64,000 nucleotides of DNA from an uncultured delta proteobacterium (GTDB lineage: Bacteria > Desulfobacterota > Binatia > UBA9968), in contig CAVXEP010000003.1 of assembly GCA_963760795.1 (NCBI GenBank), positions 196,179 through 260,178 of the forward strand, in the 5' to 3' direction. A program made the position numbers and the translations under genes. Numbering within the stretch: position 1 is the first letter of the stretch; every line of letters starts with the position of its first letter. Below the pieces are notes generated by a model that saw only the letters and a list, made by a program, of their open reading frames with translations, made no database searches and was not told where the DNA came from. Positions 41,821 through 53,290 of this stretch are shown here, piece after piece.

Positions 41821-43518
41821 TTAATCCCGTCCGCGCACCATCTCTTCGGCGTGTTTGCGGGTCTGTTCGGTGATCTTTACCCCGCCCAACATGCGCGCGA
41901 CCTCGCCGATGCGGTCTTTGTCGGAGAGTTTTTGCACCCGGGTGAAAGTGCGACCCTTCTCGACTTCCTTTTGCACCACGTAGTGGCAATCGGCCATGGC
42001 GGCGATCTGCGGCAGGTGAGTGACGCTGATGACCTGGTTCTGGGCCGCGACCTGCTTCAACTTTTTGCCGACGATCTCGGCGACCCGCCCGCCGACGCCG
42101 CTGTCGACTTCATCGAACAGCAAAGTCGACACTACGCCGGGGGTCATGACCAGGGACTTGAGCGCCAGCATGAGGCGCGACAGTTCGCCGCCGGAGGCGA
42201 TCTTGGCCAAAGGTTTGACCGGTTCGCCGGGATTGGATGAAAAGTAAAATTCCACTTGGTCCATGCCGCGCTCGTTCAACCGCTTGCCAGCGATGAAGAA
42301 CGGCGGCGCGTCGGCTTTGTCATCCTGACTCAGGAAACGGGTTTCGAAAGAGATTTCCGCCATGCCCAAGCCGCGCGCCTCTTTCTCCAGCTCGCGCCGC
42401 AGTTTTTTCGCCGCGCGCTGGCGTTCATGGGAAAGCTTCTCAGCGCTACCCCAGGCGCGCCCGCGTGCCGCGGTAAAAGTCTTTTCCATGGCAGCGATTT
42501 GTTCTTCGCTATTTTCCAAACGGTCGAGCGATTGTCGGATATCGCTCTCCATCCTGAGGATGTCATCGACGCTCGCGTTATATTTGCGCTTGAGCCGCTG
42601 AATTTCCGCCAAGCGGTCTTCGAGCTGTTCCAACGCCCGCGGATCGAAATGCACCCGCCCGGCGTAGCGGCGCAGCTGCGCCGCCGCCTCTTGCAATTGT
42701 GCCAGGGAAGATTGAATCAGCTCCTCGGTTGGTTGCAAATTGGCATCGATGGCGGCCAGCTCGCGCAGCTTTCCCGCATACTTGCCCAGCCGGCCAACCA
42801 GCGCGGCATCGCCTTCGTAAAGCAGCTCTTCGCCCTCGCGGCAGCCCAAGGTGAGTTTTTCCGAATGCGCTAAAATATTCTTGCGCGCCCGCAGCTCTTC
42901 CTCTTCACCGGCTTTGAGTTGAGCGCGGCCAATCTCTTCGCCTTGGTTTTCCAAATTAGCGCGTTCGCGGCGCCGCCGGTCCAAAGAGTCACGCGTTTCG
43001 TTGAGATCGCGCCACGCCGCCGTCAGGGCGACAAACTGCTGTTTCATCGCTAAAGTCATGGCATCGACATCGGCGAAAGCGTCGAGCAGGTTTAAGTGGG
43101 TTTCGGGCTGGAGCAAGCTGTGATGCTCATGCTGGCCGTAGATATGCACCAAGGCGCCGCCGATCTCGGCCAGCAGATTGAGCGGGCAAAGACTGCCGTT
43201 CAAGTAAATGCGGTTTTTGCCCGAGCGATTGAGGATACGCTTGATCACCAGCTCGCCATCAAGTTCGAAACCGGCATCGGCGAGCTTTGCTTCGATGAGC
43301 TTGGGCACGCCGTCGAACAACGCCTCGACAGTCGCTTCATCTTCCTTGTGGCGAATAATCTCCGAGCTGCCGCGTTCACCGGCGACCAGTCCCAGGGCAT
43401 TTAGAATAATCGACTTACCGGCCCCGGTTTCGCCGGTGATGATGTTGAGCCCCGGCCCCAGCTCCAGTGCCACTTCGTCGATCACCGCGAAGTTTTTGAT
43501 TCGCAACTCGCGCAACAT
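41821..43518 (-). CDS. recN: DNA repair protein RecN
   Basis: ITGETGAGKS, IYGQHEH, ASGGELSR, LFDEVDSG, THLPQIA. Confidence 0.97.
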   Translation of the reverse strand: MLRELRIKNFAVIDEVALELGPGLNIITGETGAGKSIILNALGLVAGERGSSEIIRHKEDEATVEALFDGVPKLIEAKLADAGFELDGELVIKRILNRSGKNRIYLNGSLCPLNLLAEIGGALVHIYGQHEHHSLLQPETHLNLLDAFADVDAMTLAMKQQFVALTAAWRDLNETRDSLDRRRRERANLENQGEEIGRAQLKAGEEEELRARKNILAHSEKLTLGCREGEELLYEGDAALVGRLGKYAGKLRELAAIDANLQPTEELIQSSLAQLQEAAAQLRRYAGRVHFDPRALEQLEDRLAEIQRLKRKYNASVDDILRMESDIRQSLDRLENSEEQIAAMEKTFTAARGRAWGSAEKLSHERQRAAKKLRRELEKEARGLGMAEISFETRFLSQDDKADAPPFFIAGKRLNERGMDQVEFYFSSNPGEPVKPLAKIASGGELSRLMLALKSLVMTPGVVSTLLFDEVDSGVGGRVAEIVGKKLKQVAAQNQVISVTHLPQIAAMADCHYVVQKEVEKGRTFTRVQKLSDKDRIGEVARMLGGVKITEQTRKHAEEMVRGRD

Positions 43519-43530
43519 AATCGCGCCCGA

Positions 43531-44382
43531 CTAGCGCTCTCCCCATTTGAGCTTTTCACGGAGGATTTCATAGTAACTACGCGATGGCAGTTTGATCAGC
43601 GAAACGGGTAAACCAAAGTCGCGAACTTCCACCTTGTCGCCGTTGTTGAGGCGCAGTCCTTTTTGCCCGTCGGGGCTGAGAATTACCGTGTCGCCAAAGG
43701 AGCGCAGGGTGACGTGAATCGGCGCATCGCTCGGTACGACAATGGGCCGGTTGGTCAGCGTATGGGGACAGATCGGCGATAGCACAATCGCGCCCAAGGT
43801 CGGCTCAAGGATCGGTCCCGCCGCGGCTAATGAATACGCTGTCGAGCCGGTGGGCGTGGAGATGATCAAACCATCGGCCCGATATGTACACAGATATTCC
43901 GCGCCGACATAGGTTTCCAAGTCGATGATCCGGCTCCGCGCGCCCTTGGCGATCACCGCATCGTTGAGCACGCGGAAACCGCGCATGCGGCCCTTCTTGC
44001 TGATCACCCGCACTTCCAAAGTCATGCGCTTTTCGACTTCATAATCGCCGGCGAGGGTTTTGCTGAGCACCGACTTCAATTCATCCGCCGCCACCTCGGT
44101 GATAAAACCCAAACCGCCCATGTTAACGCCCAAAATCGGCACCTCGGGCCGCACTACCAACGGCGCGATGTTGAGCAGCGTACCGTCGCCGCCCAGGGAG
44201 ATGATCAGATCGGCCTGAGCCGCCATTTCCTTCTTGGTACAAGACTGCGCGCCGCGCGGCGCCAAGCCATTTTCAACGCAGACCTTTTTGCCGCGCTTTT
44301 TGAGCCAGGGAATCAGCCAGCGGACCATCTGCCCCGCCTTGGGTTCATTATATTTGGCAACTAATCCAACGGTGCGAATCAT
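43531..44382 (-). CDS. nadK: NAD kinase
   Basis: LGGDGT, LNDAV, STPTGSTAYSL..GP, PICPH. Confidence 0.96.
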   Translation of the reverse strand: MIRTVGLVAKYNEPKAGQMVRWLIPWLKKRGKKVCVENGLAPRGAQSCTKKEMAAQADLIISLGGDGTLLNIAPLVVRPEVPILGVNMGGLGFITEVAADELKSVLSKTLAGDYEVEKRMTLEVRVISKKGRMRGFRVLNDAVIAKGARSRIIDLETYVGAEYLCTYRADGLIISTPTGSTAYSLAAAGPILEPTLGAIVLSPICPHTLTNRPIVVPSDAPIHVTLRSFGDTVILSPDGQKGLRLNNGDKVEVRDFGLPVSLIKLPSRSYYEILREKLKWGER

Positions 44383-44444
44383 ACAGGTAGCATCTCCAGC
44401 CGTGAGAGTATCACATGGCAAAAAAAAAAGTCCATGACGGCAGA

Positions 44445-44660
44445 AAATCCAAAACCCGAAACAAAGTCACAGCCAAATAAATCTCAAGTCAGGAAATTAA
44501 AAACACGGAGTCCGAATGAAGCTTGTTTTGGATTTGGTGTTTTTGATCATTTGAATTTGTTTCGAACTTCGAATTTCGGTCCGTGGGGCTTCTTTCGTGC
44601 GGCAAATTTTTGCGTTTTTTGCGGCTAATTATCCGATGCCGATTTTCCGCGGCAACACGC
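44445..44660. repeat. AT-rich intergenic palindromic/REP-like repeat cluster
   Basis: aatccaaaac..gaaacaaa versus ttttggatt..tttgtttcg inverted segments; ttttgcgttttttgcggcta recurs as ttttgcgttctttgcagcta near 45745. Confidence 0.5.
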
Positions 44661-44663
44661 AAG

Positions 44664-45602
44664 TCAAACGACGAGCTGGCGCAGCCGGGAGCTCAAGTAA
44701 TCCACCAGCATGACCAAAGCGATCAAGACCAGCACGATCGCCGCCGCTTCCCGATACTGAAAGGTGCGAAAGCTGGTGTTCATCAGATAGCCGATGCCAC
44801 CGGCGCCGATCAGGCCTAAGACTGAAGCGGCGCGGATGTTGGTTTCCAAGCGGTACAGCGTGAATGAGATCAGGTCGGGCAGAATCTGCGGCACCACGGC
44901 GAAAGAAAGAATCTGCGCATAACCGGCGCCGGTGGCGCGAATCGCTTCGACCACGCCCTCGTCGATGTTCTCCACCGACTCGGACAACAGTTTACCCAAC
45001 ACCGTCGCCGTATGAATGGCCAATGCGATGGTGCCGGCGAAAGCGCCCAGCCCGACGGCGGCGACGAAAAGCAGGCCGAGGGCGAGATCGGGTATCGTCC
45101 GCACCAAATTCAGCACCAGGCGCACGCCGCGATAGACCGCCGGATGGGGGGTGGTGTTGCGCGCGGCCAAGAACCCTAGTGGGAAGGCAACGATCAGCGC
45201 TAGGAAAGTGCCGGCCAACGCCATTTGGATAGTTTCCAGCGTCGCGCCCATCACCGTCTGGGGGAAAGTATTGTTCCACCAACGTTGGCGAGCCCGGGTC
45301 TCGGCCTCGCCCAAAGGCGCCAGCAATATCAATTCGGCCAACGAAATATTTTCCGGAAAATAATAGTGCTTTGACTCGGTGATCTTGGAAAAATCCGGCG
45401 GCAGCATGCGCGCCAGAGTCTGGCCGATCTGCGGTATGCCCTCGATCAATTCACCGGGACGAATCTTCGCGCCGTGAAACGACCAAGCCAAGACTATGAG
45501 CAAAATTCCTAAGAAAACGAAGAACCGCCCGCCCCGTTTGGGCCGGACCGGCGCTTCGTCCATGATATCGTAGACTATTTCTGGGTTGCGATCGGCGGCC
45601 AA
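44664..45602 (-). CDS. phnE: phosphonate ABC transporter permease
   Basis: ETIQMA..GT, RTIPDL, GKLLSE.VENID..EA..ATGA, E.NIR.A.VLG.IGAGGIG. Confidence 0.92.
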   Translation of the reverse strand: MAADRNPEIVYDIMDEAPVRPKRGGRFFVFLGILLIVLAWSFHGAKIRPGELIEGIPQIGQTLARMLPPDFSKITESKHYYFPENISLAELILLAPLGEAETRARQRWWNNTFPQTVMGATLETIQMALAGTFLALIVAFPLGFLAARNTTPHPAVYRGVRLVLNLVRTIPDLALGLLFVAAVGLGAFAGTIALAIHTATVLGKLLSESVENIDEGVVEAIRATGAGYAQILSFAVVPQILPDLISFTLYRLETNIRAASVLGLIGAGGIGYLMNTSFRTFQYREAAAIVLVLIALVMLVDYLSSRLRQLVV

Positions 45603-45626
45603 ACGATTACTCCCGCTGAATTGCTA

Positions 45627-45817
45627 TTCCACCACAAAGACCGAAGTATTCGTTCAAGCAGTGCTAACCGCAACTGATTTGTCACCGCGCCACCGCCGCT
45701 CCACCACCCCAGGACGTATGCCATACTCACCCCCATTCGGATTTTTTTGCGTTCTTTGCAGCTAAAATTCCGACTCCGAGTCCTCTTCTCTGTTACCACT
45801 GGGCCCTTTGTGGTGAA
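45627..45817. repeat. second copy of the caccac.aag / ctt.gtggtg MITE-like element
   Basis: ttccaccacaaag (45627) and ctttgtggtgaa (45806-45817) resemble the outer ends of the 17004-17290 element; the copy lies just before the segment junction. Confidence 0.55.
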
Positions 45818-45836
45818 TCCTTCGGTTCTCGCGGAT

Positions 45837-46564
45837 ACGTGGTTCTCGACGGCGGATCGACCGACGCGAGCCCAGCGATCATCGAGCGATACGGCGACCG
45901 GCTCGCCCGCTGGTCGAGCGGCCCGGACGATGGCCAGGCAGCCGCGGTCGATGCCGGCTGGCGGTCGGCCACGGGCGAGATCCTCGCCTGGCTCAACTCC
46001 GACGACTGCTACACGCCCGGGACCCTCGCGCTTGTCGGCCGCTGGTTCGCCGATCACCCCGACCGCGGCTTCCTGTACGGCCGCTGTCGCCTGGTCGACT
46101 CGGACCGCGTCCCGCTTGGCGTGATCGGCAGCCGCTACAGCCGAACCAGATTGCTCTTCTCGCACCAGATGATCCCTCAGCCTGCCGCCTTCCTGCGCCG
46201 ATCGCTCGTCGAACAAGCCGGCTTCATCGACAGCCATCTGCGCTATTCGATGGACTTCGACCTGTTCCTGCGCGCGGCGGAACTCGACCGGCCGGTCTTC
46301 CTGCCACACACACTCGCCGAGGCGACCGTCCATGGGGCCGCCAAGACGACAGCGGAGGCAGACATGGCGATGGACGAGACGCGGGCGCTCCGGCGGCGTC
46401 ACGCGCGCGGCGCGGAACGGGTCGTCGTCGCGCTCCAGCCCGCGAGCTCGATCATCTATCACCGGTTGCCAAGGACCGGGCGGCGGTTCGTCGACCGGTT
46501 TCGTGCAGCTCGCGTCCGGCAAGTCGCGCCCACATCGGACGATCGCCGGCCGAACACGGACTGA
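45837..46564 (+). CDS. glycosyltransferase family 2 (5' truncated)
   Basis: VLDGGSTD, PDDGQAAA, GEILAWLNSDD, QPAAF, MDFDLFLR. Confidence 0.88.
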
Positions 46565-46607
46565 CCCGAGAGCGGACGGCCGGGCCTGACTGGTACGCTC
46601 TCCGCCA

Positions 46608-47972
46608 ATGGACCGACTCGCACCGCCGCCCGGTCACCATCGTCGGCGCAGGCTACGTCGGCCTCGTCAGCGCAGTCGGATTGGCGAACCTCGGACACCG
46701 GGTCCAGCTCGTCGAAACCGGGCGGACGCGGCTGGCGGCGCTGCGCGAGGGTCGGATCCCGATCCACGAGGCACGGCCTCCAGGAGGGCTTCGACGCGGC
46801 CGTCGCCGCGGGCGGTTGACGCGTCGCCGACGCGGTCCCGCGCGGACGCGGCCATCGTCCTCATCTGCGTCGGGACGCCGATCGGCGACGACGGCCAGAG
46901 CGACCTCAACCAGCTCGACGCGTCGCTGGCCGCGATCCGCGGGCGGCTCGGCCCGGATGCCATCCTCGTCATCCGCAGCACGCTGCCGGTCGGCGGCACG
47001 CGACGCTCGGTCGAGGCGACCGGCCTGCCGACGAGCCGGATCTTCACGAACCCCGAGTTCCTCCGCCAGGGCACGGCGGTCGACGGACTTCGCGCCACCC
47101 GACCCGCATCGTCGTCGGCCGCTTCCCGGACGCCGACCCCGAGCGCGCTCGCAGCGGTCGATCGGTCTGTACGACGGTCGTCGAGGCGCCGCGGCTCGTG
47201 GTCGATGTCGAGGCGGCCGAGATCATCAAGAACGGCGCGAACGCCTTCCTCGCCCTGAAGCTGTCGTTCACGAACGAGATCGCGTCGCTGTGCGAGGAGG
47301 CGGGCGCCGACGTCGACGAGGTGCTCGACGGGATCAGCGCCGACCCGCGCATCGGGCGGACGTACATGCCGCCGAGCTTCGGGTTCGGTGGCAGCTGCCT
47401 GCCCGAAGGAGCTGACCACGCTCGCCGTCGCCGGCCAGGCCCTGGGCCTGCCGATGCACGTCACGACGGCGGCCTCGGCCGCGAACCTGGCCGCACAGGA
47501 CCGGTTCGCGGAGCGGGTCGCAGGCGCGTTGGGCGGGCGCCGACGGACGGACGATCGCGCTGCTCGGGCTCGCCTTCAAGGCAGGCACGGACGACATCCG
47601 CGATTCACCCGCGATCCGGCTCGCCGACGCGCTCTGCTGGCCGACGGCGCGACCGTCCGCGGCTACGACCCGGCCGCCGGCGGGAACGCCGCGGCGAGCG
47701 TGCCCGGCCTCGACGTCGTCGACGACGCGGCGCAGGCCGTGGTCGGGGCGGACGCCGTCGTCGTCACGACCGAGTGGCCGGAGTTCCGCGACCTGCCGTG
47801 GGCGACCTGGGCGCATGCCGGGCGCGTCGCCGCTGATCATCGACGGACGCCGGCTCCTCGACGCGCGGCACTTCGCGCGGCCGGCTATCGCGTCGTCCAG
47901 CTGGGCGACGGACGCAGACCTCAGGCCGGATCGGCGTCCCCGGTCCCGCCCTCGGCGAGGAACGCCCCGTAG
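46608..47972 (+). CDS. UDP-glucose/GDP-mannose dehydrogenase (several frameshifts, probably sequencing errors)
   Basis: VGAGYVG, ICVGTP, IRSTLPVG, NPEFLRQG, AEIIK..ANAFLALKLSF.NE, GFGGSCLPK, LGLAFK.GTDDIRDSP across frames. Confidence 0.88.
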
Positions 47973-49181
47973 GCCGCGACCAGCCGCTCGGCCGAGCGCC
48001 TCCCAGCGCAGATCGAGCTCGTCGATCCGGCCGACCGGCGGCGCTCGGTCAGGACCGGCGAGGGCGTCCCGGTCGTCGGCGAGGCCGGCCAGCGACGCAG
48101 CCAGCCCCTCCGCCGTGGCGTCGTCGACGATGCGCCCCGCGTCGCCGACGATCCGCGATCGTCTCGGCCAGCGCGAAGGCGACGACCGGACGACCGATGG
48201 CCAGGTACTCGACGACCTTGGTCATCGTCGACACGTCGTTGAACGGCGTCGGCGGGTCGGGCGAGACGCAGAGGTGCGTCGCCGCCAGGATGCGGAACGA
48301 ACGCCTCCGGGCGGCGATAGCCATGGAATCGACACGCGATCGGCGATCCCCAGCCCGGCGGTCCGGCGCCTCGAGCGCCGCGCGCGCCTCGCCGTCGCCG
48401 ACGAGGTCGACCTCGACACGTCGAGGTCCGGCCGGGCGATCCCGCAGCGACGGCGACCGCGTCGAGCAGGATCTCGACGCCGTCCTGCGAGCCCATCACC
48501 CCGAGGTAGCCGAGACGCAGCGTCCGTCGGTCGGCGCGGTCGATCCCGGCGGCGAGGGCGCGGAACCGATCGCCGGGCGGGGCGTTGCGGACGACGACGA
48601 TCCGATCCGCGGCGACGCCGCCGCGCGTCGGCGGCGAGCGCGCGTACGACTCGTTCGGGACGATGACCGAGAGGCAGCCGTGGCATACGACGCACGCTCG
48701 AGCGTCCGGGTCAGGCCGGACGAGGAGCCGACCGCTCCGTCGGTCGCCCCATTTCGTGATCGCGAGCTCCGGGTTGGCGTCGTGCTGGTCGTACACGTAG
48801 CGACCGCCCAACAGCCGCGCCGAGGCGACCGAGGACGAAGAAGAGGTCGGGCGGGTTGCAGCCGTGGACGACATCGATCCGTCCACGCAGCCGAAGGGCG
48901 AGCAGCCAGGCGGTCGCTGAAGAGCATCGAGGGCGACGTACTCGACGAGGTAGCCGGCCAGGCCGGTCGCGGCCCGCTGCGGGTAGCGCAGGAGCCGGAT
49001 CCCGTCCCGGATCTCGACGAGACCGGCCCATGTCGCCCTCGCCCCGCGCGCGAGACGATGGTGACCCGGTAGCCGCGCGGCGACGCAGCGCCTGGGCTTC
49101 CTGCCAGACGCGCCGATCGAGCGGGACCGGCAGGTTCTCGTCGAGGATCACGACGTGCGGGCGGCCTGAGCGCGTGCGCAT
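47921..49181 (-). CDS. glycosyltransferase family 4 (frameshifted)
   Basis: ENLPVPLDRRVWQEA, HGCNPPD, YDQHD..PEL, YLGVMGSQDGV, NDVSTMTKVVEY. Confidence 0.85.
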
Positions 49182-50285
49182 CCTCGTCGATCTCCAATCT
49201 GTACCCGAGCCCGGCCCATCCGGGATTCGGGACCTTCGTCGAGGCGCGCGTCGCCGCGCTCGAGGCCGCCGGGGCCGAGGTCCAGCGTCGAGGCCAATCC
49301 GGGACCCGGCCGTCCACCGGCGCGTCGCGGCGAAGTATGCCAGCCTCGCCGTCCGCGGTCCGGACGTGACCGCCGTCCGTCGCCCGGCTGCGGCGGTCGG
49401 CGCATCGACGTCGTCGAGGCCCACATCGCCTACCCGACCGGGCTCATCGCACGGCCGACCGCGGCCGCTCGCTGGGAGCGCCGCTCGTCCTGTTCGCCCA
49501 CGGCGCCGACGTCGATGACCATCCCGGCCCGGTCACGGCGCCACGCACGGCTCGCGCGGTCGACCTACCGGGCGGCCGACCTCGTCGTCGCCAACAGCTG
49601 CGTTCCTGGCCGGCGAGATCGCGCGGCGGTACCCGGACGTGGCGGCTCGGGTCCGGGTCCTGACACCCGGGATCGAGCTGCGACCGGTTCACCGCCGCGA
49701 TCGGCGGCAGTGGCGCCCCGCGGCCGGGGATCCTGTTCGTCGGCCGGCTCATCCCGGAGAAGGGCGTCGACGTCCTCATCCGGGCGATCGCCGCGCTCGA
49801 CGCAGCGGCGGCCGCGAGGCGTCGGCCGGCTGACGATCGTCGGCGACGGCCCCGAGCGCGCAGCGCCTGGCCGACCTCGCCGACGGCGCTCGGCGTCGAC
49901 CTGGACGATCGACCGGCGACGTCGGCCGCGACGCTGGTCGCCGCCGCGATGGCGCGGACGCTCGTCACGGTGCGGTCCCGTCGGTCTACCGCGAGCCACT
50001 CGGACTCGTCGCCCTCGAGGCCATGGCGGCCGGCGCGATCGTCGTCGCGTCGGCGACCGGCGGACTGATCGAAACGGTCATCGATGGGGTCACCGGCGTT
50101 GACGCGCGCCGCCGGGCGACGTCGACGCACTCGCCGCGCCATCGAGCGCGCACTCGGGCTCGCGACGGACCCCGTCGCCGGCCCGGCGATGCGGTCGACG
50201 GCTGGCTGAGCGATGGCCGCCTCCCACGACGTCCGACGGGCGGCCGAGGCCTCGCTCGGCCTGGTATGGCACTCTACGCCGATGA
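49174..50285 (+). CDS. glycosyltransferase family 4 (frameshifted)
   Basis: SNLYPS..HP.FGTFV, FAHGADV, FVGRLIPEKGVD, EPLGLVALEAMAAG..V.....GGL.E.V.DG.TG. Confidence 0.8.
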
Positions 50286-51674
50286 ACGCGGCCGACGTGT
50301 CGACCGCCAGCGCTCCTCGCCGTCGCCATCGCGATCGTCGTCATCGGCCTGCTCGCCGGCCGCTGGATCACCCGCCGGACCGACTGGGCGCCGGCCGCCG
50401 GGATCGCCCTCCTCGTCGCCACACCGCTCGTGCCCCATGTCCCGGTCGTCGGCCGGACTCAGCCTCGACGACATCCTGCCGCTGCTCGGGCATCGCGTAT
50501 CTCGCGACCGGCGGTCGACCTGTCGCGCCTCCGGCGCGTCCGCGTCCCGTGGCTGCTGGTCGTCGGCGTCGCGCTGGCGATCGCCGCCGGGATCGTCAGC
50601 AGCATCTGGTGAACGCGACGTCCCCCGCCCAGGCCGTGACGATGCTCCTGCGCTCACCCGGCCGCTACGTCTTCCTCGCGGTCATCGTGGCCCTCGTCGC
50701 CCTGGCCGAGCCGGCCGACCGGCGCGGCCTGCTGACGGCGCGCGCGATGGCCCTCCTCGGCACGCGCCGAGGCGGCCTTCGGGCTGGCCGCGTTCTTCCT
50801 GCCGCTCGGCGGGATCGGCCTCGAGCCGACGCGCAAGTTCTCGGTCCTCTACTTCGAGGTGCCGGGCCGGATCGCCGGGCACGCTCGGGATCTCACCGAA
50901 CTTCCTCGGGGCGATCTTCGTGCTGACGATCATCCTGACGGCCGGGCTCGCGATCGAGGCCCGCGATGGTCGCCAGCGCGCGTTCCTGTGGGCGTCGATC
51001 CTCGCTCCAGACGCTGGCACTGACCCTGACCTTCACCCGCGCCTCGCTCGGCCTCGCCATCGTCGCGCTCGCGGTCCTGCTGCTTCTCCGCGGGCGGGTC
51101 CGTTACATGGTGCCGGTCCTGCTGGTCGTCGCCGCTCGGGTTCGCCACGACGCCGAGCGCCGCGCCGCCACCCGGCTCCGCGCCGTCCACGCCCGCGCCA
51201 CCGGTCGCCGTCGTGCGCCTGACCAGTGACGTTCCCGACAGGCTCGCGCTGTGGTACGCGGCGACGCTGATGATGATCGACCACCCGCTCACGGGAGTCG
51301 GGCCGGGTCGGACGATCCAGCTCGCCCAGAACGTCGACCGCTACGAGGACACGCCGTTCGGTGCGGCCGAGAGCAGCGCCCACAACTCGGTCCTGCTGGC
51401 CGGGGCGGAGACCGGCGTCATCGGGGCGCTCGGGGCGCTGCTGGTCAACATCGGCTTCGCGCTGGCCGCGCTGCGGATCCTGGTCCGGGCGCGCCGGCCG
51501 GCGGTCGCCGGCGATCGAAGTCGCGGGCGCCGTGGCGGTCCTCGGCTACCTCGCCCAGGGGATGGTCAACAACCTGTTCAACGTCGCGGCGGCGGGTGCC
51601 GTCTTCGCGGTCGTCGCCGGGGCATACGTGGTCAGGCTCGAGGCGACCTCAGCCGAACCGTCAACGGTTGGTGA
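50282..51674 (+). CDS. O-antigen ligase/polymerase-family membrane protein (frameshifted)
   Basis: Multiple TM segments, R..GTLG.SPN.LG, LTFTRAS, DRL.LW..A..M..DHPLTGVGPG, SAHNS.L. Confidence 0.75.
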
Positions 51675-51687
51675 CCGACGATGCCGA

Positions 51688-52384
51688 TCAGTTCCAGCGG
51701 GCGCCGACCGGACCGCCGGTCGAGCTCAGCCTGTAGGCGGGCGACGTCCGGTCGATCGTCAGGTAGAACGCGGACACCGGGTCGTACGACAGGAACCCGG
51801 GGTCCAGGTACTTGACGCCGCTGTAGTACTTGACCGTGCTGGAGCTGTTGCGCGTCTTGATGCCCGCCGAGTAGTAGATGGTGTTGCTCATCTTGATCGA
51901 CGCCCCGCTCGCGGCGTAGAAGTGATAGCCGGCCGACGAGCGGATGACCGAGTTGCGGATCTTGATCGAGCCCTTCTTCATGTAGAAGGTGCTGTGCGAC
52001 TGGGTCTTGACGGTGCCGGTCCGGTAGAAGGTCTCGTGGTCGAAGATCTTGCCGTAGGTGTACGACTCGGACGCGACGCCCTTCTGGTTGTCGACGTAGG
52101 TGTTCCGGTAGAACGTGATGGCGCCCTTGCCCTGGGTGGTGTTGTACTTGCCGTCCCACAGGACGACCGCCGTGTCGTTGCCGCTGAACGTGTTGTAGCG
52201 GATGGCGTTGCCGGTCAGAGCCTTGCCGCTCGAGCTGATCTGGTAGAGCATCAGGCCCCGCCGGTTGCGCTCGATCAGGTTCGATTGGATCGTGTTGCGG
52301 TTGGCGCCCTGCTCGATGTCGATGCCCTGCACGTAGCCGCCGTACTGGCCCTGGTTCGACGGCACGTCCTTCCCGCCGCGGAAG
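51688..52384 (-). CDS. right-handed parallel beta-helix repeat protein, C-terminal part (5' truncated)
   Basis: Repeats such as GIDIEQGANRNTIQSNLIERNRRG and GNAIRYNTFSGN; C-terminal DPGFL..YL....SPA. Confidence 0.7.
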
Positions 52385-52385
52385 C

Positions 52386-52889
52386 GAGAACGTCGCCCGC
52401 GAGCAGCTCTCGCCCGTCGAGGAGGCGCGCGCCTACGCGTTGCTCCTGGACGAGTTCGGGCTGGCGCTCGGCGAGATCGGTGAGCGCGTCGGCCGCTCCA
52501 AGCCGTCGGTCTCGAACCGGCTGCGTTTGCTCGAGCTGCCCGACGACGTGCTCGCGATGCTGGAGCGCGGTGAGCTCTCGGAGGGCCACGCGCGCGCGGT
52601 GCTCGCCGTGCAGGGTCACGAGGACCGGCGTCGGCTCGCGCGCTTGATCGTGCGCCGCGGCCTGTCAGTCCGGGCGGCCGAGCGCGCCGCACGCTGGGCG
52701 GGAGCGCGCACCAAGCCCCGCCGCCCGCGCCGAGCGCCGCCCGATCCGGCGCTCGCCGAGCGAGCTCGTACCGCCGCAGAGACGTTGACCGGCCTGAGCG
52801 CCCGCGTCGCGGCCGGCCGGCTCGAGATCCACTTCGCCGACGAGCACGATCTCGCGCAGCTCGCCGAGGCGCTCGAGCAGCGACCGTAA
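52386..52889 (+). CDS. parB: ParB/Spo0J partition protein, C-terminal part
   Basis: ENVAREQLSPVEEARAY, VGRSKPSVSNRLRLL.LP, LSEGHARA.L, GLSVRAAE. Confidence 0.9.
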   Translation, partial: ENVAREQLSPVEEARAYALLLDEFGLALGEIGERVGRSKPSVSNRLRLLELPDDVLAMLERGELSEGHARAVLAVQGHEDRRRLARLIVRRGLSVRAAERAARWAGARTKPRRPRRAPPDPALAERARTAAETLTGLSARVAAGRLEIHFADEHDLAQLAEALEQRP

Positions 52890-52934
52890 CCACCTGCGCG
52901 CCCCGGGCGTTAGGGGTCCATGCATGCGGCGTGG

Positions 52935-53168
52935 ATGGAGGATCTCGAGTCCCTGCAGGAAATCGCGGAGAACGATTCCGCGAGACGCCTGTTCCTGCGC
53001 ATGGCGCTGCTCTCTCGCGAGGGCCGGCTCGAGCCGTTCCTGACCGAGCTCGAGGCCGACGACGAGCTCGACGACGGCACGAAGGGCGCGGTCGCGGAGC
53101 TCGCGAACGACAGCTCGTTCCTGGCCGCGGTCGAGGAATACCTACGCTCGACGCAGCGGGTTCACTGA
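52935..53168 (+). CDS. hypothetical acidic protein
   Basis: Clean ORF with GC3-rich codon usage between parB and the tRNA. Confidence 0.6.
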   Translation: MEDLESLQEIAENDSARRLFLRMALLSREGRLEPFLTELEADDELDDGTKGAVAELANDSSFLAAVEEYLRSTQRVH

Positions 53169-53197
53169 GCGGGGCCTCGGCTACAATCGGCCGCCCC

Positions 53198-53271
53198 GGG
53201 CGATTAGCTCAGTTGGTTAGAGCGCCGCTCTGATAAGGCGGAGGTCCATGGTTCGAATCCACGATCGCCCA
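53198..53271 (+). tRNA. tRNA-Ile (GAT)
   Basis: GGGCGATTAGCTCAGTTGGTTAGAGCGCCGCTCTGATAAGGCGGAGGTCCATGGTTCGAATCCACGATCGCCCA; TACAAT -10 box at 53182-53187. Confidence 0.95.
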
Positions 53272-53290
53272 CCTCGCTGCACGCCCCGGG

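Noticed and set aside
53246-53263. A-C mismatch in the tRNA-Ile T-stem as editing or a pseudo-tRNA
   Set aside because: It is a single mismatch in an error-prone segment and the rest of the cloverleaf is intact.
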